Origin: Elusimicrobia bacterium CG_4_9_14_3_um_filter_62_55
Lineage (GTDB): Bacteria; Elusimicrobiota; Elusimicrobia; UBA1565
DNA: 64,000 nt
NCBI GenBank assembly: GCA_002790095.1
Contig: PFUL01000183.1
Coordinates: 10,287 to 74,286 of the forward strand
Direction: 5' to 3'
Shown here: positions 12,001-18,648 of the stretch, one piece after another
Position numbering within the stretch: the stretch's first letter is position 1
Layout of the letters: each line of letters opens with the position of its first letter
Translations under genes and position numbers: made by a program
The notes under the pieces: model-generated
Told to the model about the DNA's origin: nothing
Databases searched by the model: none
The model's input: only the letters and a program-made list of their open reading frames with translations

Positions 12001-15000
12001 TCTGGGCGCGTCGCTCGAGCGTCAAAAGGCGCTGGCGAGCCACGGCCGCGGGATGCTGGCTCTCGACGCGCTCATCAAGATGCAGAACGCGCGGTTGGCC
12101 GCCGCGGCGTGGGAACGCGCGGCTCCCGAGCAGACCCGGGCGATCACGCTGGCGTTGACGCAATTGACCGATCTGCGGGCGAAGTGGATGGCGAAGAACC
12201 CCGAAGGGTTGATTCCGCTCTACGCGGTGACGACCGTGGACGCCGAGGGACGGCGGTTGTGGAGCGTGGACGATTGGCTGACCGGCGGGGAACTCCAGTC
12301 TTTGCTTGATTCCAAGCGGGTCGAGACCGACGCCGAGGGCCGGATGTGGCTGAAACCGGGCCCCGGTGAAACGGGCAAGCGCGAAATCGTGGGCGGCGTC
12401 GACGCGGCGCTGATGGAACGTAACATCCTCAAGGAAGCGCGGGACTACAACGCCGAGCGGGCGAACCTGCACCGCGTGTTCTCGGAATCGGAGTTCGCCG
12501 TGGTGTCGCTCGACGGCCGGCGTGCGGAAGGAATCTCCTACCGGGACGCGATGGCCGTCGCGGCGCGGGGCAACGCCTTCAACTTCGCTCGAATCAAGGA
12601 CGGCTACGGGTTGCATTCCGCCGAGCATCCCTTGAAGGCGCTCTGGGACGACCCGAACGGAACGGTGATGATCCTTTACCGCGGCGAGGAAAATTACTCG
12701 CGCGACCGTTTCCCCACGCTCGAGAGTCTCCAGGATCATATCCGCCGGTTGAACGCGGACGGGAACGCGGAGGAAGCCGCGAAGTTCGTTCGCCTCGAAG
12801 CGGGTCCGAAGGGCGTCGCGAAGATGATCGAATTCGCGACCGAGTTCCAGGCCCGGTCCCGCACGATGGGTTGGACGGCGATGAAGCTGCAGACCTACGG
12901 TTTCGCCGCGGACCCGACCGGACGACCGGCGGAATCCTTCCTGACTCTGCAGGAGTTCGAGGCGTTTAAGACCGCGTTGGAAGGCTCGCAGGAAGCGTTC
13001 GCCCGCACCCGCGCCGACGCGATTCGCGCGAAGGCGATGGAGCGCGCCGGGGCCGAGCGACGCTTCGCCGAGAAGACGAAGCTCGACGACGAATTGGCCC
13101 GCTTTAACGCCCTCGAGCGCGAGGTGCGTGAGCGGGTTTCCGACGCTGTTCGGTCCTCGACCCCGCGCCGCGAGGGAGAAGGGGAAAAGGCGTACGCGCA
13201 CCGCTTGAAGGCCGCGATGGACGACGCGCTGATCCGCGAGTCCGACTATAAGGCGGCCCAAAAGCGGCATGGGACGGCGCTGGAGGCCTTCAATAAGATC
13301 GACGAGGACTACAAGGAACGCGACCGCGGCGCCGACAACGCCATCCGGGAATTCAAAAACGCCGCCGTCATCGCCGCGAAAGCGGGTCACCGGGAGCGCT
13401 ACGCCGCCGACTACGCGAAGACGCTGGAGCATTTGGGAATCGCGGGCGACGACCTGGAAATCGCGCTCGAGGCCTATGCGAAAACACAAGCCCGCCGTCT
13501 CTTCGTGACGCGCGACGCGGCGCTTTACATCGACGCATCGAACCGATTGACCCGCGTGACGGCCGACCCCGTTTACGGATCGGGCGTGCTGGATCAGAGC
13601 GTGCGCGCGGCCGAGGGTCCGGTGCGGGTCGCGAAGGGCGAGTTGTTCGGCGCGGTTTTGGACCGCGACGGGACCTTCGTCACCCTCTACTACGATCCGA
13701 AGGCGATGGACACCGCGGCGAAAGGCTGGTCTTTGCGCGACGTGCACGAGACCGGCGCCGAGAAGGTCGTCTACACCAACGGGGCGAGCACCGTCGATCC
13801 GAATTTCCGCCTGAAGCACTACTCCGCGACTTTCGAAGGGGAGCAGGGTCCCGTCGACCTCCCGGTGATGCTCAACCGGCGGTATCTGATTTCCCGCGTT
13901 GCGGGGGCGGGCAAGGAGCTTTCGCGCAACGACGGATGGGCGTACGGTCCGTGGAACTGGGGCAATATCGTCATGGAAATCCCCCGGGGCGTTCTCGGGA
14001 CGCCGATGGAATTGCTGACCGGACGCGACGTCAATCAGCACAACTACCTGGGCCGCGTCCAGATGCATAAGATCGAGGGCGGAGCGACGAATCATCACAA
14101 TTTCTTCCGGCGCGCGCTCGGGGCGCTCGACGTGCTCGATCTGATGCCCGATCCTGTGGATTGGTATTTCGATCCCAGCCAATTCCCCGAACGGGTGACG
14201 CTGGACCGCGAGCTCCAGCCCGGCCGGAACATCTTCGATGCGGACGCGCGGGCGGGAAAGAAGGACATTCATTTCGGACGGACTTCCATCCAGCGCACGA
14301 TCGTCTACAACACCGAGGATCTGCTCAATGCCAACCGCCGCGTCCGCTCCTACTTCGAGGGGGGCCTGAGCGACAGCCTGATCGAAGAGCGCAGCGGCCG
14401 CGCCGTCGATCCCGCGACCGGCCTGGCGAAGCGCTACTACACCTCGACGGTCAACGAGCGCGTCGGCCTCGCAGAGCTCGAAAAGGCGCTGCGCGACCGG
14501 GCCATCGGCTTCGACAACGGCTCCTATTTGCCCGACGGCGAGGTGCGCCTGGCGGAACTGCCGCGCCATCTGGCCGTCGACATGGTGGAACGCCGCGTAA
14601 AGATTCGCCCCGGCGCCGAGCAGTACGAGGAGATCGCGAAGGAATTGGGCCGCCTGCCGGAACTGCTCGAGGCGCAGCGCGCCGCGACCGCGGCCCGCCG
14701 CGACGGACTCGAAAAGGCCGCCGAGAAGGCCGAGTCCCGTTTGGCGGAACTGATCGCGGAATTGATCAAGAGCCGCGAAGAAGAGAGCGCCCTCTGGGAT
14801 GAGGCGCACCGATTGATTTGGCGCATCGGAAAACAGGAAGCGCTGGAAGCGGAGATGAAGGAAATCCGCGCGAATCTTGAGCGCTGGCGCGCGGAACTCG
14901 ACCAGTTGCGCCGCCGCCTCGCGGAACTAGAGGACGAACTCCGCCGCGAACGGGACCGGAAGCCGGGCGACGATCCGTCGAACCCAGGGCAGCGCTTCCC

Positions 15001-15109
15001 GTGGTGGCCCTGGGTGATCGCCTCTTTCGGAATTTGGGCGCTGATCGCCGCACTTTGGGAGTGGCTGCGCCGTCGCCGCGCCGGTTCCGGCCTAGGCCTT
15101 CCGGCCTAG
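59..15109 (+). CDS. Giant envelope protein (at least 5016 aa). In order: N-terminal repeat modules, Pro-rich spacer, polytopic hydrophobic cluster, long coiled coils, beta-rich region, TolC/OEP-like repeats, C-terminal tail-anchor helix.
   Basis: Uninterrupted 15,051-nt ORF. Balanced K/E/D/L-rich composition, whereas the other frames give Arg/Gly/Pro-rich junk. The frame stays open back to nt 2, so the true start may lie upstream of the window. ATG at 59 is preceded by AAGGGG (50-55), and a different frame closes with TAA at 48-50. Confidence 0.9.
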   Translation: MESGDNLTISLREASEPGSVRVLLDAELIERVRSGDLLLIRDEVGVPSLAAPEALARAGRDLEAEEASAPAEAPGAPAAGEYQYDPKAEAAQLASMRDAAQVSSVKLYDAVNDRVYDASLENDLIAKVARGDLRVATDADGVVYLVTPEVLEASQQRAAQAAADAEAESAAQAAPDAQDETPAVEEKSPAIETQSSTDETAAPAAKKGNNPSGKAGANPASFKKLPADARAMDASWILEAKKDAQARARAQAPDARLVRAAVNLGDSNAHWSFIFHSRQRNKIIVVWPKRIAVRKDKAALRWPVGYGSKTELRTADALWNTRLRRVRSFESAYTALKKQAHWFKPVRVEIVSKWKKDPIFAFINAKGRVLEIAGVEKRVEAPAQKKETAPKKEEAPKAPPSDTIETPPVEPDQPPAQPPKSGDEARAPPSEGDQAKAPPAESPPPGAEASLGSRSRNDGPHLHEDLFGFRSVRGRRHGEKIGRLPSDADAGRIIEQIAAQFNMTSAQVLAMASRHQITERSGRAAWLAVYDRLQKANRQEFVQLDQQKYHGGLLSEAFGHFLHRVGLKKKAPKAPGYRELANKTYAPGWKGWLHRGAEMHKHAVGFLIRFPYHLFDMFFFGYFRRNISYEFFHSTEDFITLRDEIELKKAREDGKLTPEMERQRPRAERMLDGALKTVSLGGVTKLERLRANAAYRVFDRYLWSPLLSPLGQFLYRRATLAIFSAAAMGLVGGLLPLPVMAFHLSGIPILGEGLMMVGHGIPTAAANVPFVGDSLASITSHAMNALLGDLTVGALINTLTLSSLLTFPQAVRQRLMELRGDHLYVPPVMSFDFMKGMLKTLFTWTFWSQNLKSFGGLLLVGAEIEGIMTYMGEADAAISPAFKAATGQEFHLFHTIGAAIERPEGDSPIPFGGAITWGNILIYKLQDAIGFNLSDAIAKPLREIFYQNEGPDAVRDALRSSSQNAMKDNGVSVTASVVGLVSRGAMSEAMTVEPGTPEQMAARAAAAKRSVGDIEREIAQVKERIRQLEGKIGGGERRLKELEKESRPISEEERARYEETLRSLSAKRDEGYVRSKLAEISDIENADEGTARVKALADLQAYYASLLPQDGGNAGYQDSIGVKLAVFKMVQDALADFQTGPKAKPAPRRVGVMDQERAKKIGPLVDELEKLRAQAKSELANRDAIERLLRAVEQTRKLALQERRGGKEMLEFHKNLARLATVMDLAFSLNTIEAAQKAIKDMEHMLDAKLDKIETQRRQSEADLARAREQQARRAQWERENADKIKDHETSKGDMLKLEDQTRKAVENIRAFRTDVRALLSRIDAEDSGSSGSALAEYERRLALLPDLQRWARDGNPGDPDANSIKSLNEKLVDVQKFLDSVADGLTKIQQAPVEFAGVLVLAVPGEPAFSVSNPDTATTLRLLAERKAHWQTELADYQAKLTEFSNRLDPSFSGTEADDFGDVHPISLPKRLAEAREVVSVNQAAAADLTGRIDAAAAKIRAVVPGADLPNLSGMTLDSLQDAVGDYADKLKAVTLPTDDSTASFDAKMALFQIASLLPQAGHAVIKWSKGDAEVTAITDAMQSPVPQVKALYTQAVAAVQAIIDDVDADVVYINAGVPTPAANQQLIDRKTALLNGIQPTLAQAKQVIQSDVLPFQQESVDSYDPNGDKWAKLFKNQKKLYEATRDALQITVPWALASNGASEGNTSGALANIADQNQRFRDLLDGYTDEDGVHTGVLENLADIAKLKDPNNTEMEDVYGQMIPVSLPRLIQVFTAERAQRAGEVNGQHADINRIFADIDRLTNNRFNLAGRALPTGITAGSDASEAIVRQLVDDKVYQDLGTLLTDIGTEYQERGEGLTDSSTSEGVPSGVQPTPDVDNDTRVALLALEAAKRLVPSTNQKPEDAAAAWAVARYLYSDAVIAAAETNLYERIPYAESFLNQAKGALEIAISDLDKDKTYVNSTQTSETPDQVMDRKIAIFSELNQVTRAGAEFYGARIDWANESFETIEDMETYYSASGDIHDKSLTVVEKEITAINTMKESLKKTFDELEDQKKELVRWMNQLNRPEESALKRVGEDLRKIQLKTKRVLEENMKFRDLEERFERSEGALEHTLKRIDDVQGKLSRQLRDLQDTGALSPETRRRIDAFKMSGSSWFMPGDTKDATSALVIPKKDFAQFVETLFGSLLNRTSSSRDLAGLRESLLSNPAGLANVIPGSQVVDFGDADGFYLVYQSQFSVPHGLETSSLVTLGNVAKIWGNNVSVSGYVFASPPNEENAPWGDKGVKVQIESLQGKNWVNYLDVDFHRFIQNIPPDTRMASTAQQSRLLVFEDFAIMLFGDRVYIAATGFGDIATHDAANQPKFYGGSLKTSLKFTEVVFLDAEHQVIKADDPRFFEQIFNLDFTGLDSDLNQDFRIRSDAQNKDYSRTQVGPRIDVAKLINSQDAFEVEMFWARQRGTDDFNQDSYGVNVLKGFTLRDKEGKPWAVISNKAGYEKGEKFNTLSDRVSVQLPDWGVVVSAEGRLIGDAKTYYLEAAKKTGANTSAAIGYGSRYVGQEPRLTISMNTSFTLGELWSAVADDTAKELTGSKALEPYNKAMDEFYKEAENDKRVAEMKSVFMRDVGSKLVTQDIGKLVKDIQDLRKAGAFLDNTRVRATVGFVTRPIGESLADRAVGGGFTAGTYTSMELSKTQKALIDSKMSSLYRESLRLQFRMLELTKDWQETVTEIAQSQWDVKMGATMKEHAPTETLRAEGAAKLREAELRLNQATIRYNMLSGRDPADALPFGDLKASDLEALLKEIRSLIQTPDSLQKVLHELDPEVVRSVMGDNPFNLMDWVPWVEKFTVSFGAQLQDYMANQVLGIGTNFRLPFYDPASKERDKAYALESQATLSEILSVYDEYALASQKRLLEARSWDDGARTLRGEAVASANRLSDAIRGYRNGLISESRLREAFGQWHWYMQGLLEAEAKASLSAGWANLDASFGRTTRETGPAPRLGSFQEAFDAVARSARGLEEIAARRQAAAHMTEANNHRIQKFYVDLFIGYNLTADGVGWLPSMGITGIPVTPVLTFELKPAELRELQVKQGEGKTKYYEQFKMKLESDLAVDFFKGLVSYTQARDAAALLEREILPELRAAEAAARSRARPGDPEGLVAKARRELDTAQRKLHLSIQVREQARAALNHLLGRDPKSPLDPAMDTGRALADLKQILEDKHPSSVDRKVLASRVEIARSVETMVDKNLKMENLRFEPVSLAVRSLSRLISALGDETIGNPDLVAAARIQTLEAERALESYDRELPVRRAQIDAQLSTVESALAELSGKPDAQSRLKVLELRGQKMMFEAALARLDARPDRSRGSSALPSSYNELFQRLAGAEQRLASSGKNPEVRVFEPETHEPLSEMNLRFYKSRLDLGGDPLPGNYIESWITFRLKSMSTPSEVLLALSQLRTAKAERIHINEQAAARSRAQILLSEFEMNVRLLRWSDAIDGSGSSNADQDRFEREIRARLESQAGRIKALLNLPASSTLADLMRLIPADEAGRSGDLRAIAERFVDDANRLQLEQLRKTLFEGGIPSSFGNEDGLMEQIRADVIAERMSYKGFTPTIAFGLFRNSRVDGVFMEAPDPRSIERSLQSVLSDSVRKELQSQGRMQELALRLHLLMSSVAGNAKLVEAQSARVVSAQRDFRATLARFPAGHPETASAQDAMVRARLELTDSAAKLKNDFIELVSELQAVGYDTEKLLSVPARDFELRGEDLATNPVDALVDYASRRSLQPEFVDRFLGLGFGTAEQRAALKSYADEYRTMEYDAMLVRHHPGIGAKERLELLTKADVEGRRQSVERAFRTILADSYGNAAAREKVFGYLLADVATRAEETGGVQEKEWAAIRRIGREIVRDLPHAAKGAYQRLETLRGEMLQTRQSLMEDYLRHKRGPTEFVMRDIALDAYLKAVSNYDAEVIKVFGQAEIKADAHAARVLNSLFRLGASLERQKALASHGRGMLALDALIKMQNARLAAAAWERAAPEQTRAITLALTQLTDLRAKWMAKNPEGLIPLYAVTTVDAEGRRLWSVDDWLTGGELQSLLDSKRVETDAEGRMWLKPGPGETGKREIVGGVDAALMERNILKEARDYNAERANLHRVFSESEFAVVSLDGRRAEGISYRDAMAVAARGNAFNFARIKDGYGLHSAEHPLKALWDDPNGTVMILYRGEENYSRDRFPTLESLQDHIRRLNADGNAEEAAKFVRLEAGPKGVAKMIEFATEFQARSRTMGWTAMKLQTYGFAADPTGRPAESFLTLQEFEAFKTALEGSQEAFARTRADAIRAKAMERAGAERRFAEKTKLDDELARFNALEREVRERVSDAVRSSTPRREGEGEKAYAHRLKAAMDDALIRESDYKAAQKRHGTALEAFNKIDEDYKERDRGADNAIREFKNAAVIAAKAGHRERYAADYAKTLEHLGIAGDDLEIALEAYAKTQARRLFVTRDAALYIDASNRLTRVTADPVYGSGVLDQSVRAAEGPVRVAKGELFGAVLDRDGTFVTLYYDPKAMDTAAKGWSLRDVHETGAEKVVYTNGASTVDPNFRLKHYSATFEGEQGPVDLPVMLNRRYLISRVAGAGKELSRNDGWAYGPWNWGNIVMEIPRGVLGTPMELLTGRDVNQHNYLGRVQMHKIEGGATNHHNFFRRALGALDVLDLMPDPVDWYFDPSQFPERVTLDRELQPGRNIFDADARAGKKDIHFGRTSIQRTIVYNTEDLLNANRRVRSYFEGGLSDSLIEERSGRAVDPATGLAKRYYTSTVNERVGLAELEKALRDRAIGFDNGSYLPDGEVRLAELPRHLAVDMVERRVKIRPGAEQYEEIAKELGRLPELLEAQRAATAARRDGLEKAAEKAESRLAELIAELIKSREEESALWDEAHRLIWRIGKQEALEAEMKEIRANLERWRAELDQLRRRLAELEDELRRERDRKPGDDPSNPGQRFPWWPWVIASFGIWALIAALWEWLRRRRAGSGLGLPA
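1870..2680 (+). other. Hydrophobic (probable multi-pass membrane) cluster inside giant protein 1
   Basis: Segments GFLIRFPYHLFDMFFFGYF, LAIFSAAAMGLVGGLLPLPVMAFHLSGIPILGEGLMMVGHGI, LLGDLTVGALINTLTLSSLLTF and FGGLLLVGAEIEGIMTYMG. Coordinates approximate. Confidence 0.6.
6850..7790 (+). other. Beta-rich region of giant protein 1 with an outer-membrane beta-strand-like alternating pattern
   Basis: Loss of heptad/coiled-coil character; aromatic and Gly-rich alternating stretches such as AAIGYGSRYVGQEPRLTISMNTSFTL and FEVEMFWARQRG. Judged by eye only. Confidence 0.35.
8100..10110 (+). other. TolC/outer-membrane-efflux-protein (OEP)-like repeats embedded in giant protein 1
   Basis: Two units with the strand-strand-long-helix pattern of TolC. 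Unit 1: FTVSFGAQL...LGIGTNFRLPFYDPASKE, then ...AIRGYRNGLISESRLREAFGQWHWYMQGLLEAEAKASLSAGWANLDASFG. Unit 2: KFYVDLFIGYNL...PVLTFEL, then ...QVREQARAALNHLLGRDPKSPLD. Turn motifs YNMLSGRDP and NHLLGRDP resemble the LARLLG turns of OEP proteins. Boundaries approximate. Confidence 0.55.
14996..15067 (+). other. C-terminal transmembrane tail anchor of giant protein 1
   Basis: FPWWPWVIASFGIWALIAALWEWL followed by RRRRAGSG. Preceded by about 100 aa of E/R/L-rich coiled coil. Confidence 0.7.
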
Positions 15110-15169
15110 GAGTTAAGGGGTCCTAGGGCGGTCGAAAAAGGAGGGTCTCCCGGTGATAATGAGAGCGAT

Positions 15170-15745
15170 ATGAAAAAATCTACCGTGAACCTTGTGTTGA
15201 TTCCGATCTTCCTGATTGCGAGCGGCTCGGCGGTCTTCGGGCACGGCTCGGGCCGCCAGGCGCCTCCCAACTGGCGGGATCGCGATTTTCACGATCAGAT
15301 CGTCCAACAGGAGATCCGCCGCGCCTCCCGTCCGGGCTACTACGCGGACGGCTCAGATGACGCGGCGAAGGACGGCAGCGGCAAGGGCTTCGACGCTTAT
15401 ACGCCCCGGGAAGCCGATGCGGTTCCCGGTTCCGAGAGCAAGCCGACGGCCTCGCTCGACGGGGCGGCGGTCGAGGAGAAGGGCCTTCCCGCGAAGAACG
15501 TCCCGGATCCGAAGGCGAAGTCCTCCGAAAAAGAGGGAAAGGGATTTCTCGCGAAAACCGGCGACGCCGTCGGCGGGTTTTTTAAGGGCACCTGGGAGTT
15601 CCTCAAGGCCAAGAAAATGATGGTCGGCGGCGCTGCGGCGGGCGCGATTATCGGCGGCCTGTTCGGCGGTCCTTTGGGCTTGGTCATGGGTTTGTTCATC
15701 GGCGGCTTCGGCGGCTGGTGGGTCGGCGACGGCCTGGGAGTTTAA
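15170..15745 (+). CDS. Small secreted or membrane protein with a C-terminal glycine-zipper helix
   Basis: ATG with GAGAG 5 nt upstream. N-terminal signal peptide MKKSTVNLVLIPIFLIASGSAVFG. C-terminus GGAAAGAIIGGLFGGPLGLVMGLFIGGFGGWWVG. Lies 60 nt after giant gene 1 on the same strand. Confidence 0.75.
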   Translation: MKKSTVNLVLIPIFLIASGSAVFGHGSGRQAPPNWRDRDFHDQIVQQEIRRASRPGYYADGSDDAAKDGSGKGFDAYTPREADAVPGSESKPTASLDGAAVEEKGLPAKNVPDPKAKSSEKEGKGFLAKTGDAVGGFFKGTWEFLKAKKMMVGGAAAGAIIGGLFGGPLGLVMGLFIGGFGGWWVGDGLGV

Positions 15746-15774
15746 TCCCTCCGGCAGCAATTTAAACGGGCTTC

Positions 15775-15803
15775 GGCCCCCGTGTCCTTCGGGACCGGGG
15801 GCC
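15775..15803 (+). terminator. GC-rich stem-loop with a TTCG loop downstream of the 191-aa gene
   Basis: GGCCCCCGTGTCC-TTCG-GGACCGGGGGCC with one bulge. No clear T-tract follows, so terminator function is uncertain. Confidence 0.4.
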
Positions 15804-15861
15804 GATTCCGCTTGTGTCGGGCATCATGGTTTCCTCAGCGAATCGGCGTTAGGCTATAGGT

Positions 15862-16308
15862 ATGCCCTTAAGACAAGTCAGCGAGCTTCTCGCAAGGACG
15901 ATCGAGTATCACCGCAAAGCGGCCGGTTATTACGCGGGCATGGGGGCGCACGCGAATAAGGAAGCGGTCCGGCTTGTTACCGAGTATTTGGCGGGGCACG
16001 AACTCGTCTTGGTGAAGAGGTTGGAGGATTTTTTATCGCGCGGGGGACATGAAGTCTGCCGAACCTGGCTCCAAAGCGATCCGGACTATCACATGGAGCG
16101 GATTCTAGACGGACTTCAGGTCGACCGCGCGGTCGACGCCGCGGAGATCATCGAGACGGCCGTGGAGTTGAATCGGCGCCTGATCGAATACTTCCGGCGG
16201 ATGAGAAGCATCTCCCCGAACAAGCACGTCGAGGAGTTGTTCTGGTCGTTGGAAGCGCACGAACTTGATGAGCAAAGGAGACTCTCCGCGATGGCGTGCG
16301 AGGTTTGA
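15862..16308 (+). CDS. Hypothetical all-helical protein (148 aa)
   Basis: ORF with normal composition and GC-rich third positions. No recognisable motif and no clear Shine-Dalgarno sequence. Confidence 0.6.
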   Translation: MPLRQVSELLARTIEYHRKAAGYYAGMGAHANKEAVRLVTEYLAGHELVLVKRLEDFLSRGGHEVCRTWLQSDPDYHMERILDGLQVDRAVDAAEIIETAVELNRRLIEYFRRMRSISPNKHVEELFWSLEAHELDEQRRLSAMACEV

Positions 16309-16323
16309 TCCGCGCCGGAATGA

Positions 16324-17970
16324 TTAGAGGCCGGGAATGTTGATGTCGCCCTGGTAGCCGGGCTTGCTGTAGTCGACGTTCACGTCCCGGCGCTCGGGGG
16401 CTTCCTTCTTCTTCGGTTCTTCGGAGGGCTTCTGCTGATTCATGCCCTGGAGCGCCTGTCCGGCCGTTTGCGCGGCCTGGCCGGCCGCGTTCTCAATGCC
16501 GGAACTCGCCTCTTCGCCCGCCGCGTCGGCTTTCGCGAGCACCATCCCGGCCTGAAGCGCCAAAATGCCTCCGCCGGTCAGAAAGGGCATGCCCTGGGTC
16601 ATCTGACCATGTTCTCCGGCGATCATCGCCCCCATTCCCGCGGCGGCGCCTCCGGCGCCCATCGCGGCCATCGCCAGCGCCTTGCCTTGGGCGAGCATCG
16701 CCGCGCCTTGCGGGCCCGGCTGGCTGCGCCCTTGAGAAATCATCTTCCCGGCGGCCATCAGCAAAAGCGTGCCGAGACCGAGGGCTCCCATCGCCGCGTA
16801 CAGCAGGCCTTGATACGGGGTCTTGTCCTCGCCTTTCTTGATGTCCTCCGGCGGCGGCGGCGGATCGATGACCTTCGAATCGAGGGCGCTACTCGCCGAG
16901 CCGGCCAGGCCGGTTCCGCCGAGTCCGGTTCCCTCGGATTTCCCGAGGGAGCGCGCGGAGGCGTTGGCGCCGTCAAACGGCAACGCCGCGGTGTGCGACG
17001 CGCCGCTGGTCCGCCCCATGCGGGTAGCCCCGCGGCTCATGCGTCCGGCGAATTTCGCCTGCGCCATCGCGCTGCCGCCGCTGTTGAGGGCGACCGTCTT
17101 TCGGTTCGCGCCGTAACGCGCGCGCTTCTGCGAGACGCCGTCGTAAGGTTCGGAGTTCGCCGCCTTGTAAATCTGCTGAAATCCCGAGCCGACCCCGCCG
17201 GCGAGTCCGTCCAGGGCCTTAAGAGAAACCTTCGTCGTTTGATTCGAGCTTCGGGTCGAAGGCGCGGAGCGCTTCGCGAGTTTCGGCACATCTCCGGGGG
17301 GCACGCGGCGCGGCTTCGATTTTTTCGCCACGGGGGCATCGACGACCTTCTCGGTCGCCGCCGCGATTTCCTCGCGGGAGGGGGGCGCGATCTCGTTGGC
17401 CGGACCGTCCACGGTCGGAGTCGCTTCCGGAAGATTTTCGGCGAGTTTCGGAGTGTACTCCAGCGAGGAGGCCGCTGCGGGTTTTCCCTCGTCGCGGGCC
17501 GCCTTGACCGCGCGCGCGCTGGTCGTTTCCTGCGATTCGTTGTTGAGCGCGAAAACCCTGCGCTTCATCGTGCGTTCGCCGGTGGGCGTGGAATTGCCCA
17601 TCCAGAGGGAGACCCCGGCGACGCCGGAGGAGACCGCGAGCACGATGCCGACGATCCCCGCTTTAGACGCGGCGACCGCGCTCAAGCCCGTCGCCTTGGA
17701 GATCGCGCCGACGATCGAGCTCCAGCCTGAGGCGCTTCCCGCGCCGGTCGGCGCCGCGGTGCCGAGCGAGGAGATCAAGCCCGAGCCCGACGCGCTTGAC
17801 GAACCGGCCAGTCCCGAGGAACCGGCTGAGCCGAATCCGAACCCGCCGGAGGCCGCGCCGGAGGACCCGCCGACGCCCGAGGCGGCGCCTGGGGCGACCG
17901 CGCCGGCCCGCTTCGGGTCGTCTTCGGTTTCCTGGGATTTTTTCTTTAAATTTCTAAGCGGAAAGGACAT
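16324..17970 (-). CDS. Gly/Ala/Ser-rich low-complexity membrane protein (548 aa), paralogous to 27178..29427
   Basis: ATG with AGAGGGG about 7 nt upstream. TM helix GIVGIVLAVSSGVAGVSLW, further C-terminal hydrophobic Gly/Ala/Met-rich helices, and the shared motif PKLAK...LKALDGLAGGVGSG. Confidence 0.8.
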   Translation of the reverse strand: MSFPLRNLKKKSQETEDDPKRAGAVAPGAASGVGGSSGAASGGFGFGSAGSSGLAGSSSASGSGLISSLGTAAPTGAGSASGWSSIVGAISKATGLSAVAASKAGIVGIVLAVSSGVAGVSLWMGNSTPTGERTMKRRVFALNNESQETTSARAVKAARDEGKPAAASSLEYTPKLAENLPEATPTVDGPANEIAPPSREEIAAATEKVVDAPVAKKSKPRRVPPGDVPKLAKRSAPSTRSSNQTTKVSLKALDGLAGGVGSGFQQIYKAANSEPYDGVSQKRARYGANRKTVALNSGGSAMAQAKFAGRMSRGATRMGRTSGASHTAALPFDGANASARSLGKSEGTGLGGTGLAGSASSALDSKVIDPPPPPEDIKKGEDKTPYQGLLYAAMGALGLGTLLLMAAGKMISQGRSQPGPQGAAMLAQGKALAMAAMGAGGAAAGMGAMIAGEHGQMTQGMPFLTGGGILALQAGMVLAKADAAGEEASSGIENAAGQAAQTAGQALQGMNQQKPSEEPKKKEAPERRDVNVDYSKPGYQGDINIPGL

Positions 17971-17978
17971 AGCGAACC

Positions 17979-17990
17979 CCTCTATAGAGG
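17979..17990. promoter_or_regulatory. Perfect 12-bp palindrome CCTCTATAGAGG in the 5' leader of the 548-aa gene
   Basis: On the minus strand it lies between a TACACT hexamer (plus-strand AGTGTA at 17991-17996) and the RBS and ATG at 17970. This is an operator-like position. Confidence 0.35.
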
Positions 17991-18039
17991 AGTGTATGCC
18001 CGTCCGGGGAAGCCAGGTAGGGCCAAAGGACCTACTAAA

Positions 18040-18648
18040 TTATAGGCCCTTCCCGAGCAGCACCGGGAGCATCCCGGGCGCGTTTTCGGCAAACCAGCCG
18101 ATTTCGGCTTCCACCGCTTCCGCTTGGGTCACCTCGCCTTTCGCCAGTTGCCGGCACAGGGCCGCTTCGAGTTTGGCCTTGGCCCGGGCGTCGGCGTAGG
18201 GCATCGGCCAGAGATTTCTCAGATCATTGGAGCCCCCGAGACAAAGGGAGAGCAGATGATCGTATTGATACAGCGAATGATCCTCCCAAGCGATTCCGTA
18301 GCGTCGCGAGACTTCTTTTTTGTCGGCGGTGGACGTGTTTCTCTCGCAATGCGCGATTTGTTCGGGATAGCGGTATTGATCGAAGTCCTTGTCGTCGGGC
18401 GTACACAGTACGCCCGGCGTCAACCGCCAATTCGGAGCGGAGTCGAAAAGGCCGCTTTCCGCCTCCGGAATACGGGATTTTAAGACGGGCGCCGAGGGAA
18501 CGGCGGCCCGCGGAACGGGAACGAAAGACTGCGCGGCTTGTTCGAGGAACGAGGACGGGGAAAAGACGACGAACGGCTCAGCGGACGGAGCCGACGACGG
18601 GACAAACGCAAACGCCACGGACACCAAGACGCACCACCAGCGCTTCAT
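18040..18648 (-). CDS. Secreted HNH-family nuclease (202 aa from the inner ATG)
   Basis: HNH signature YQYDHLLSLCLGGSNDLRNLWP. Start chosen at MKRWWCVLVSVAFAFVPSSAPSA (signal peptide), with GGGAGGGAGG 5 nt upstream. The ORF track begins 36 nt further upstream at 18684. Confidence 0.8.
   Translation of the reverse strand: MKRWWCVLVSVAFAFVPSSAPSAEPFVVFSPSSFLEQAAQSFVPVPRAAVPSAPVLKSRIPEAESGLFDSAPNWRLTPGVLCTPDDKDFDQYRYPEQIAHCERNTSTADKKEVSRRYGIAWEDHSLYQYDHLLSLCLGGSNDLRNLWPMPYADARAKAKLEAALCRQLAKGEVTQAEAVEAEIGWFAENAPGMLPVLLGKGL

Noticed and set aside
1421-14809. Long ORFs antisense to or out of frame with giant gene 1, for example 1421..2524, 2600..3922, 4616..7129, 7175..8722, 8858..11146 and 11441..14809 (up to 1122 aa)
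   Set aside because: They have extreme Arg/Gly/Pro/His/Leu composition and no recognisable motifs. They lie entirely inside a 15-kb ORF of normal composition. This is the typical open-frame artefact of GC-rich DNA.
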